64,000 bases of DNA from Lingula anatina (lineage: Eukaryota > Animalia > Brachiopoda), in contig CM120642.1 in assembly GCA_051362555.1 (NCBI GenBank), positions 7,006,001 to 7,070,000 on the forward strand, written 5' to 3'. The notes beneath the pieces are model-generated. The model was not told the origin of the DNA. It saw only the letters and a list, made by a program, of their open reading frames with translations, and did no database searches. The position numbers and the translations under genes were made by a program. Shown one piece after another: positions 54,001-64,000 of the stretch; the first letter of the stretch is position 1; each line of letters opens with the position of its first letter.

Positions 54001-56510
54001 TAACTTTTCTCGAAAAAAAGGACATAATTTTGATACACAACTACATGGGTGGGGCTTTATACCAAAACTTGTTATCTATTGTTTCTTTTTTTCTTGTAAT
54101 CTGTATTCTAGGAACACGTCATCAAGTCTGATACCAGTATGCTGTCGACAACTTCAAATTTCGTCAAGGTGTGGGACATTTGTTTTCACTGTTGTATTAC
54201 ACTTTTGGTGCATATTGCGTATGAAATCGACAGAACTCCACATTTTGTTGTCTGGGACCACTTTTCATTCTCTTACATATATTGCTATTATCCGAATGCA
54301 ATAGCACAGCCTTTCAAAATAGTGGAATTGCTGTTTCTGTTCAAACATTGTGATAAAATGCGAAGGTTTTTAAAACTTAGTGATTAGTGTAAGTACAGGA
54401 ATTATGAAGTATTTTGAATTTGGGATGGAGATTGATTAGCATTTGGTCTTGCGTTAATTTTGCTATTGTATCATGAGTAAAGGTGAATATCACGTAGTTG
54501 AAAAAATTATGGAATTCGCACTGTAAATGTTTATCGACCATACGTCTCATATAAAAAAAGCCTTTATATTAAGTTTTGTGGATGAATCTATAGACAGGCC
54601 GTTTTGTCTGCCACTTTGAACGGTGCAGGATATTTGTTTTCACTGCCAATTTACCGACCTGAATATTTGTTGTAGACATAAATAGTTGTCAGATTTGTGA
54701 TCATCAGGAAGCTTCGCCTTGGAAACACCTGTTAATTAATGTGTTTTACATTTACCCAACCTTATTATGAGTAAAACATTGTGTTCACAATTGTTTTAAA
54801 AACTACAAAGTTCATGAATTGACACAGTCTATTGGAACGTGTTTACGCAGTATCATAGAAAAGTGTTTCTATATCGTTTACTCCCCCATTTCAGTAAAAG
54901 ATAACTGAAAAGATCCTTGATGCACATTCTGTTGATACTTCCATTTGTTAAGTCTAGTCTAGTCTATGGGTGAGCAATTTAATCTTATTCATCTTAGATT
55001 AAGCAAACTCATGTATTAACCTTGGTATTACCTGTGTGCTTAGGTAAATTATCTTAGCTTTATCCATTTTACTTTATGGAGAAATATTATTTGGTTTAAC
55101 TTTTCTCGAAAAAAAGGACAAATAATTTTGATACACAACTACATGGGTGGGGCTTTATACCAAAACTTGTTATCTTTTGTTTCTTTTTTTCTTGTAATCT
55201 GTATTCTAGGAACACGCAATCAAGTCTGATACCAGTATGCTGGCGACAACTTCAAATTTCGTCAAGGTGTGGGACATTTGTTTTCACTGTTGTATTATAC
55301 TTTTGGTGCATATTGCGTATGAAATCGACAGAACTCCACATTTTGTTGTCTGGGAGCACTTTTCATTCTTTACACATATTGCTATTATCTCAATGCAATA
55401 TCACAGCCTTTCAAAATAGTGGAATTGCTGTTCCTGCTCAAACAATGTAGTAAAACTGCGTGGTTTCGTCTATTTTTTCACTTTCTTAAAACCAAGTGAT
55501 TAACAGTAAGTACGGGAATAATAAAGTATTTATTAATTTGGGATGAGGCTTGGCTAGTATTTGCTCCTGCGTTAATTTTATTTAATAACGAGTGAAGTTG
55601 AATATAACATACTTACAAATAAAAAAGGAATGGAATACGCATTGCAAATGTTAATCGATCATACATCTCATATATCATCATAGTCAACTAGAATCTGAGA
55701 TTCTTTCGAAAAATTATTGGTTTTAATTTTAAAAAGATGCAGGGAAAATTCCATTTTCGGTGTGTGGATGATAATAAAGAGTAACAATATCCTTAACCCA
55801 ACAATTACGCAATTACTTTATAATATATTATAAATTAAGGTATGATGAATCACTGCTGTATGATGTATAAAACAACATAATACATATGGTACTATTTAAT
55901 CAAACTTGTTAAACATTGAGCATTTAAGACATTATCATCAACATCGTACTTCATTGATTTACAGTGTTGTTTGACTATGAAACGGGTCTTATCAAACTCT
56001 TCAGAAATTAATACATATTTACAAAACCTGTTATTATTCATGGAGGATGTGGGCTAAAACAAAATTAGCTTTTAGGCTGAAAATTAGTTAACAAGAAAAA
56101 TAAAATTAGTGTCAATTATGAACCTATCCTACCCAAAATAAACAATTCATTATGCCTGTAGATGATCAGAGATTGAGGGATGAATGTCACTTGAAGCGCA
56201 GAGATGACTAAAAGGACTCTTCATTTTTTACAAATTTGATCTCAAATAAATACATTGTACTGTGTGATTATTTATTTTCTCGTCTGATTCAGGTTAGGCA
56301 TATATAAAGTAGATTAAGTTTCAGGGTAAATGGATTTTTGTTGTATAACTGAAGAGCAGATTAAGTATCCACCTTTTACTTTTTAAATACCTTGACAGCA
56401 TCAACTGTTACCATTAGTAAATGTTATAAATACATGTGTAAGACTTACCTGTTCCCTTCTCCGCACAGCACACCAACACATGCAGCTAAAACGATTAGTG
56501 CTAACTTCAT
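48606..56510 (-). CDS. Gene C1: small secreted EF-hand calcium-binding protein, ~160 aa
   Basis: Exons 56449-56510 (MKLALIVLAACVGVLCG signal peptide), 52064-52203, 51204-51365, 50144-50190, 48762-48825, 48606-48613 in frame (last two duplicated at 48244-48307 and 48088-48095). EF loops DTNENGILDETQE, DVNGDGNTTIDE, DTNQDGFLTMDD; minus-strand AATAAA ~47960. Confidence 0.82.
49803..50107. mobile_element. 305-bp non-autonomous element with TTAA target duplication (Kolobok-like)
   Basis: ttaa|agggataattactcttcgt ... acgaagagttattatccct|ttaa; the paralogous C2 site (~61397) is empty with a single ttaa. Confidence 0.85.
52830..52998 (-). mobile_element. RTE-clade LINE 3' fragment in C1 intron 1
   Basis: Decayed N.EVLQQVDQKRQLLN...F.SHSIR; same fragment better preserved in C2 at 63800-63982. 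Confidence 0.7.
53711..55675. repeat. ~1.1-kb-period tandem duplication in C1 intron 1, possibly decayed transposon sequence
   Basis: aaagttcatgaattgacac at 53711 and 54807, homologous to ~54554/55674; minus strand reads CGVLSISYAI..QM.H...FE, reminiscent of Ulp1-like protease motifs of DNA transposons (weak). Confidence 0.8.
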
Positions 56511-56579
56511 TTTGTTTGTTTTCTTCACAAAGTGCAGTAAACAAATGGATAACCCAGACAGCAAGTCAGGTATATGTAT

Positions 56580-56640
56580 AAACTGATGAGGGTATGCGAC
56601 ACGCGTATGTGACGTAACTATATAAAAGGCAGCCAATGAA
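56580..56640 (-). promoter_or_regulatory. Putative core promoter of C1
   Basis: TATA-like tract 56618-56627, minus-strand TCAGTT Inr at 56581-56586 about 35 bp downstream, TGACGTAA CRE-like site at 56610, CCAAT ~56633. Confidence 0.45.
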
Positions 56641-56969
56641 AATAGACCTACAAGGGTACAAATCACGTGTTACACCCACCCTGAGTTTCAGAGATTACTA
56701 GAGACGCGCATCTACCATTACCATGTCTAAATGGACATATTGATAATGGGGGGGGGGGGGGGGGTCTGTGGATCTCTGAAACACAGGGTACCTGCAACGT
56801 AACCGTAATTGACATGGTTGACATGCAGGTCTGGGATTCGATACAGACGACATGCAGCTCATGCATAACATGAACCAGTTTCCCGACACTTTGTTTTTTT
56901 ATATAGTTTTCATTACAAAACAAAAAGTCACAATAATACAGTTTTTTTTTTTTTTTTACTTATAAAACA

Positions 56970-57310
56970 GGCGTTTCTCAGAATTATCCCCGTGTAAAAT
57001 TTGCATAACCTTGAAAAATTGATTCCAATGCTTAATCTTGCGTCCTTAAATCCTTTCGTTGAAATAATAAAGTTATATCTCAATTATGCATGGCAAGGTT
57101 GAGTATATTGTATACAAGGTTGAGAATATTGTTCCGAAAACAAACATTAGCAATTATTGTTAACGTGGAAAACAAATATTCCACAAAATCTGACACTTTC
57201 GTTGTCTTCAGCCTTTCGTATTTCTTTGTTAATAACCACTGCTTATATAAGAAGTCAATGGTGTCCACTTTTTCATTTAAGATTTGCTTTTCCTGCTCAA
57301 AACGCTGCAG
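56970..57310 (-). mobile_element. Decayed DNA-transposon transposase fragment (Sola2-like)
   Basis: FLYKQWLLTKKYERLKTTKVSDFVEYL followed after frameshifts by ILHGDNSEK, resembling the YKQW...T...EF...L and GDFSENY motifs; family assignment from memory. Confidence 0.45.
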
Positions 57311-57629
57311 TGAAAATGGAAGTTTTCTAAAGACTTTGTTTACACCAAGTGGAAAACAAGATGCAAACAAAAATCTGTAAAGGTTATTTATGAATTCCTA
57401 GTGTCCGTAAGATGGTGGTTGGCGAGGAATAGAAATTTAATGAAGACGCAAGATATATCATGACATTTTCCCCTTCAAAATGTTGAATTAAACCAATTAA
57501 ACTTGGCTGTATATTTCAGTCCATATATTGGATATTCTGGCTAAAATACTGAAGATGGTTTTACAGTGACTCTATATCAACATAGTTCCAAACGTAATGA
57601 GAACATTAAATCTTCTACTGGATCTTACG

Positions 57630-57820
57630 GACATCTCGACGTTTCAACCTTTTCATCAGGTCTTCTTCAGGTGAACTGATTTTGAATTGTCACCGTGGTG
57701 TCGTGTGGTGACATTCTGCGCGGGATGTCTCCAAGACCCCGGTCCAACAAATGTAGTTGGTAACTTGGGCCACCGTTACTTGAACAACCTACCCTCAACA
57801 AACACGAGTTAAGATTCATG
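57630..57820 (-). mobile_element. Penelope-like retroelement 3' remnant with minimal hammerhead ribozyme motif (57638-57670)
   Basis: Minus strand CUGAAGA-A-GACCU-gaugaaa-AGGUU-GAAACGUC; upstream decayed ORF tail (GG..YQL..DRGLGDIPRR) and an inverted EQPTLNK..LRF piece at ~57783-57818. Confidence 0.6.
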
Positions 57821-59350
57821 GTTTAATCGATTTGATTAAAGTGGTTTGGGCTCTTTCAATGTCTTTGATGCATATAAACATGTGAAATGCAGGTGGTTAA
57901 CAAGCTATAATGGAACACTGACAACAAAATATGGGTGGCTGTGGAGCTTAATACTTTTCCAGCAGCCTGTAGCTGACTTTTTGAAATGGTGACAGATTAT
58001 TATTATTATTATTCAGTCGCACTTGAAAGACATATGTTGCATTTTCAGACCCCATTCCGTACCCATAAGGTATTGTCTGTGAAACTCGGAGTTGGAGTAT
58101 TTTCAATATGTCTCAGTTTTTATAATCAAGTATTTTTTATAATCATAAATAGTGTCCATTGTCCACCCACTGACAGTTAAATCTGTTGGAGGACAGTATA
58201 AGTATCCCATGAATAGCTCGATGTACAGCCAGTATCTATCCTCTTTTTCCACCTTATTACTGCATTAACAGGCCACTAGCTAGCACTCCTCATCTCCATG
58301 ATCCCCCCCACACACACACACACATACACACACGCACGTACACACACAAATTGTCAGCACAACATTAAAGGAAACAATGCCATCTGGCAGTCCATAACTC
58401 TGCTGATTGTTACAACATACTCGGTACTTTACCGATGCAACTAAGCAAAAATATATATTTGATTTAATGGAACTGCTAGATATTTTACTGACTGATTACG
58501 TCTATTTTTACCCACACCTGCCCCCTTTTTGTTGTATCAAAACTGGGTTATTTTACTTTTATAGCAAATTTGCTACTATATTGATGGAAATAAGCAAAAA
58601 TAGTTTTCTTCACGCATACATGTGTACACCTGCAACTCGTTGCCGCAAACGTTTGCTGCAAACTTTTAATTTTCCTTCGGGCCGCCACAAGCTTCCATAC
58701 CTACATACAATCATTCTCAAGCAGTCCCGGAACTAGGTTCTAGATTCCGGTATTGCCAGCTCGATCTTCATTTCATATATAACCCATATCGCAATACCAG
58801 TGAAAGTGACTCCAAGGTATATTAAATATTAAACAAACTAACTTCCACGTCTCTCTTACACTCAGGGTAGCAGTCCCGGAACTAGGTGCGATTTCCAGTG
58901 TGTTAGAAAAATTTTATTATGGTAGGTGTGATGCTTTGGAGCAACTGATAGAGACGTAATTATTGTACTTATAGTTCGATGTGTCGCATGATGAAGAACA
59001 ACGGGTGTCACCTATTGATGAATCGCTAACATGTTTAAACCTATTTATGACGCAATTGTGCTTAATGTCAAATTTGGCAGTTGGGTATCAGATGGATCGC
59101 AGAGGGTCCTTTTTTGGGGGGGGGGGATCACTGTGCACTGGGAATAATATCATAATTGACAAATCACAGTAAACAAAACTTTATTCATATCAAACAGATA
59201 ATGCCTTTTCCAAATAATGACTTCGTTTTACAAATGGCAAAGAATAAAAATCCACACTCACGAGTCACTGGAATGTGATGTTTAAAGAATCAACTAACTA
59301 AAAAGGTTCCACGCATAACGGGAATTAAAAGGTGGCTTTCACGGGTAACA

Positions 59351-59383
<33 letters not shown>

Positions 59384-60108
59384 CCAATGGGACCCTATAC
59401 TCAATAGGCCACGTGTTATTTCTCTTAACTTTCTTTCCCTTACTCCAGGGGAAATGATGTCCAAAACAGACAAAAGCAAAAAAATTGTTGCATTCCAGTC
59501 TCCTACATTCTGTAGCCACTGGATGTGTTCGCCTTCACCTACAAAAGGCTCGCGACATGTCGAGATTGTGGTAGCTGTGATTTAATTTCTTACACTTTGT
59601 GGTAGTTGTTCCTCTGTCTGTCGGTAGAATTTCTGAATTTCTGAGTTTCTAAAACTTTTGCCTTTCAATAATAACATACAGTCTATATATATGGCACCAA
59701 GCAGAATTACGTATAGAATATCACTCCATCTCAATATCCCATAATGTAATTAGGGCTTACATGTATAATTACCACTACAGGTCATTATTATTATCAAGAT
59801 TTTGGGAAACCGGACATAGCCACACGAAAGCTTACCCTTCCCCTTGTGAAAAGTCCACACGTTAAGGTATTAGCACGTATATTGTTTATACAAAATCTTA
59901 TGCCTTATCACAAAGCTTTTAGAATTTATCAGAATCCAGTATTACATTAAATGAAACTCAAACCAACGTTGGTCTTGCTAAGAAGTTTATTATTATTTAG
60001 CGGTTAAGGCAGAGGATAAAATGGCTTCATTATATTGTCCAAGATTTAACAAAGAAAGGAAGTTATCGTCATCGGAAGTAGTTTCTGATCACTGCTTTGT
60101 GTTTTTGT

Positions 60109-61001
60109 TCACAGCAAAAAATCTGAAATGGAAAAACATTTCAATGAGCTGTCATGTAAAATGAGAAGGAGGGGATTTGTTCAGCAAAGACTATTGTTCT
60201 ATTGTGTGTTTAAAATAATGTTTCACTTAAAGTAAAATTTAATCTTAAAATATCGCTAATAATTACCACTGAATTGAAGAACACCCTTTTGTTCTTGCTC
60301 TTTGATTTCCTTTCGAAGGTTCTTTTCATATCTCAGAAAATGCTAAAAGAAAATGTGAAATACTTATTGGAGGTTCAGGATTATTATTTTTGGTTTGTTT
60401 GTTAACTCCCTTACCTATGTCGAATAATGTTAACGGTAAGTAAACTAGCCAACTTGCCTTGAAATTAAAAATGCCGCTATCTTGGTAGTCCACATTTTAA
60501 ATGAGTAGTAAGGCTTATGTGCCGAGGACGCGTTAGAAATTTTTAGTTTTAGATTTTATAGCGTAAGTGTACTAGTAATGTATTTGATGCAATTACCTAT
60601 TGCATTGTTATATCAGCAGGCTTTATTTTCTTGAGCAAAATATTATTTGACAATGAATCACAAAGATCCTTATGTTGTTGAATAAAGCATTATTTGACAA
60701 CGCGAGCTGTGTACATTTTGGGATCTTTGGGTGAAATAATTTGCAGGCTTTGCTTTTTGGAATATGTTACTCTTTATTCGTCAGAACTTTCCTGTTGGTA
60801 GATTTTCTGTGCATTATAAATTTAATTAATTTTTCTGCCAATATATAGATGTCAATATATAATCCCACAAGTGGTAAATATGGTATGAGTTGCAAGTTTA
60901 ATCTTTAAAACAATAACCTGCCTTATCCTCTAATATTTCATATTAAAGTATGACTTTTGCTATTCCCGGCCTCAGGCAACGAGCCCACCTCTGGTCCATA
61001 T

Positions 61002-61036
<35 letters not shown>

Positions 61037-61511
61037 TTATTTACCATGACATTCTTGTCATAGGTACGGTACAACAATTTACAGGATAATAATGTTAATC
61101 ACAATAATATAAATAAATGAGAATGAAGATAATAAAGACAGACAATGTACGATATGTCATCACCACGGTACACCCATTTCAAACCCGTAAGAGCGTCACG
61201 ATCAATAAACCAATTTTTAATCTCTTTAGTTAAAACTTGTAATATTTTGTCAGTCCTCATCTCCATTCCGAAAATGGCTAAGAAATAAGCCCTTAAACTA
61301 TAGATCGTTATTTTGTCAACGGCTTGCTTAGTTAGAAGGAGAAAAAAGTCCTGAAATCTACAAAGTAATCTCTAAGCCTTATACTCAGTATTTAACTTAA
61401 AGATAAACATAATTTTATAAACATATACTTACATCCGCACAAAGCATGATACAGTCCTTTATTAGGAGGACTCCAGTGACTGAAACGAATTTAATATATG
61501 AATATTCTAGC

Positions 61512-61567
<56 letters not shown>

Positions 61568-63252
61568 TAAACACGCATACAAAAACATGAGCTATTTGAT
61601 TATCAATGAACTTGTATGATCTCTAAAACTGAACTAACAAAATAGCGATATATGTACAATATATGTACCGCAATATATGCATCACTATCGATTTTAAGCC
61701 CAAACATTGGCCTATAGAAACTCTAAGATCGAAGTTGTAGACTCATTTTATCGCAAGAAATATGGATTAAGTCTCAGCTCAATACTGAAATTAAGTTTGC
61801 TACTATATCTTAAGCCGAAGAAGACTATATATGTTAGGACTTCTGGTCAATCCATGTATATAAATTCGCTTGAAGTTATCGGAGTATATTAAATGAACTA
61901 ATACAGAGGTTCAATTATTAACCAATCCATAACGTTTAACTCCTTGAAAAACAAGAAATAGACATGTCAGAATTGTCATTATTGCGTCGCAATTGCCACA
62001 TTATGGATTATGCACGATGCTTGAAGCTTTATGTTGACGCTAAAACAAGGCAAACAGAATCATCACATGGCAATTTGATTTCGAAAAAGTCAAATTTGTG
62101 AATACAACGACAAGTATAAGATCAAACATGTTCAAAGACGATCGAGGAACGATTGAACATAAGCAAAATCCATTTGGTGGTAAATAATGGGAAGCGGGGA
62201 TTTTGATTTTACTTCTCAGTTTTGAATTCGTTTAACTAAACTTGGATCTCTTCTGAACAACATTGCCACCAGAAACAACACGGCTGGGAGTCAATAAATC
62301 GTAGCATTTTAGTGATAGCAACTTGGATTTAATTACATATTTGAATGGCATTTTAATTATCTTACCTGGCAAAGTGTTTGTGCAGGATTGATTGTTATTC
62401 TAACCGCGATGAAATTTAGTTTCAAATGGAAAAAAATATGAATTGGTGAAAAGTATTTGACATGGTGATAACAACTTTTATCCTGGTCACGTGGACACGT
62501 ACTTGGATCATGATGTTGCTCGAGGAAGCGATCTTCCATAGTCAAAAATCCATCCTGATTCGTATCGACCCATTCAAATATTGCCCGACTCCAATTTTCG
62601 TGCAGTTTTTCATTCATCTTGGACCAGCTTCGTGCAAATTCGTCACTTGTTGTTTGTCCGTCCCCTGAAACCACGGACCAAGAAGTGAGATTATATCGTT
62701 CGAGCTCAGCCTCACCGGCTCACTTGGTTGGAAACTACAGCCAAGGTAAATCTACTTTTCAAAAAAAAAAAAGAAAAATAAAGGCAAATAACTAACTTAA
62801 GTGAAATCCAAAGCGTGTTAATAGGAAATTATGCATAAAACACATCACACCCTCAAACATGATGATGGGAAGGGGCATGTACTATCAAATTAATTAATGC
62901 CAGTAATAAAAATACCGGTTTATGCGCATCCCTTAACACTTATCTCCAGTTTTATAATTGTGATGCCATCCCTTTAAGTGATGTTAAGATTGTGATGTTA
63001 TCCCTTTAAGAAGCAACTTTAATAGAATGTGTTGGTTAATTGATCTTCCTTACAACGCGTTTGTTTGTATTATTTTCATGTATAAATACAACACATTTGA
63101 GCAGCTGCTTACCATTCTCGTCAGTGGAGTCGATCAGCTCCTGTGTTTCATCTAAGACGCCGTTCTTGTCTACGTCATAATCTATGCATAACCACTTTCC
63201 AATTGCCATAGCTGCCAGTTGAATGTCTCGATCCGGGAACTGTTTGGTATTG
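60109..63252 (-). CDS. Gene C2 (partial; first exon beyond window): paralog of C1, EF-hand protein
   Basis: Exons 63113-63252, 62503-62664, 61433-61479, 60267-60342, 60109-60122 in frame; loops DVDKNGVLDETQE, DENGDGQTTSDE, DTNQDGFLTMED; ends SDFLL*. Confidence 0.82.
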
Positions 63253-63719
63253 CTATAATAGTATAATGAAACAATTGTTTTTATCTAGAATCTAAATCAT
63301 TCTTTATAATTTTCGGTTTCTGTACAGTACATTTGTAATTCAGTCTATTGAACATTTTAAATTGATTTTAGACTTAAATAAATATTTTTTCCCAAATTTT
63401 CAAAAACAATCCAAGCATTTTCTGTAATTGTAATTTTAAGTTATTCATTATTTTTTGCCTTATGTTTTGCTGGCTAAACACTGTGAAAGGCACTTTAAGG
63501 CGGGAAACATTTGTTCCTTCTTCTGTATTACAAATCATGTGCATATTGTATATCAAATCTACGAAACTTGTAATAACAATACAATAATAAGGGCTCATTA
63601 TGCATTCACTATATATATAAGTAATTGACAATGAAAAATTAACGAAATGAATTAAATCTTCAGGTGCCATCGATGCGGTGTTTGACCAACGTTGATTATT
63701 ATTATTATTATTATTATTA

Positions 63720-63757
<38 letters not shown>

Positions 63758-63799
63758 TTGCTGTTGACCAAAGCTGCCTTTTTCGGAATTCAAAAACTG

Positions 63800-63982
63800 T
63801 CAAGAAAGGTCTTTCGTTGTTTGCCTCGGCCACTTATGCCAGGTAATCCACCACTAAGGCTAAGATTCTCGTATCCCTCTTTTCTGATTGAATGGCTCAA
63901 GAACTCCAGTTGTCGGTCTCTGAAGGTATTGAGGAGCTGTCTTTTTTTTGTCTACCCGTTGGAGGAACTCTTCATTGTCAAC
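63800..63982 (-). mobile_element. RTE-clade LINE ORF 3' fragment in C2 intron 1
   Basis: NEEFLQRVDKKRQLLNTFRDRQLEFLSHSIRKEGYENLSLSGGLPGISGRGKQRKT (one frameshift), matching the RTE C-terminal NEEVL..R.L...RQL.F.GH..R...G...G.R.RGR pattern. Confidence 0.78.
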
Positions 63983-64000
63983 ACGATCAGTGTAGTAGAC

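Larger units (their letters stand above)
46704..58562. repeat. ~11.9-kb tandem duplication unit containing EF-hand gene C1; second unit runs 58563 to beyond 64000
   Basis: agcaaatttgctactatattgatgg at 46704 and 58563, then collinear intron and exon homology to the window end. Confidence 0.88.

Noticed and set aside
54139-55419. Twin ORFs starting ML(S/A)TTSNFVKVWDIC
   Set aside because: They result from the 1.1-kb intronic duplication; frames diverge and no domain is evident on this strand
48088-56510. C1 as a CREC-family (calumenin/reticulocalbin) ER protein or as calmodulin
   Set aside because: It is too short for CREC and has no HDEL/HDEF tail; the signal peptide and EF-loop spacing are unlike calmodulin

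Overview
This is AT-rich, intron-containing eukaryotic DNA, probably from a marine invertebrate (inferred from repeat types; species not identifiable). I reconstructed GT-AG exon chains by hand. The window holds a tandemly duplicated head-to-head gene pair: A1(-)/B1(+) at 4.8-20.8 kb and A2(-)/B2(+) at 23.4-46.0 kb, with start codons only 234 and 255 bp apart. All four genes encode secreted proteins with a signal peptide, uromodulin/GP2-type D8C (D10C) domains and EGF repeats. A 31-nt micro-exon ending in RR/KR follows, then a ~185-aa 10-cysteine C-terminal domain that I do not recognise, located where uromodulin has its ZP module. Downstream is a second tandem duplication of a small secreted EF-hand gene (C1 complete, C2 truncated by the window end). 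Introns carry many MITEs and decayed transposons, several present in one paralog only, plus a Penelope-type remnant with a minimal hammerhead motif. Most ORFs in the supplied track are exon fragments or spurious. No database searches were run, so family assignments come from motif recognition only.
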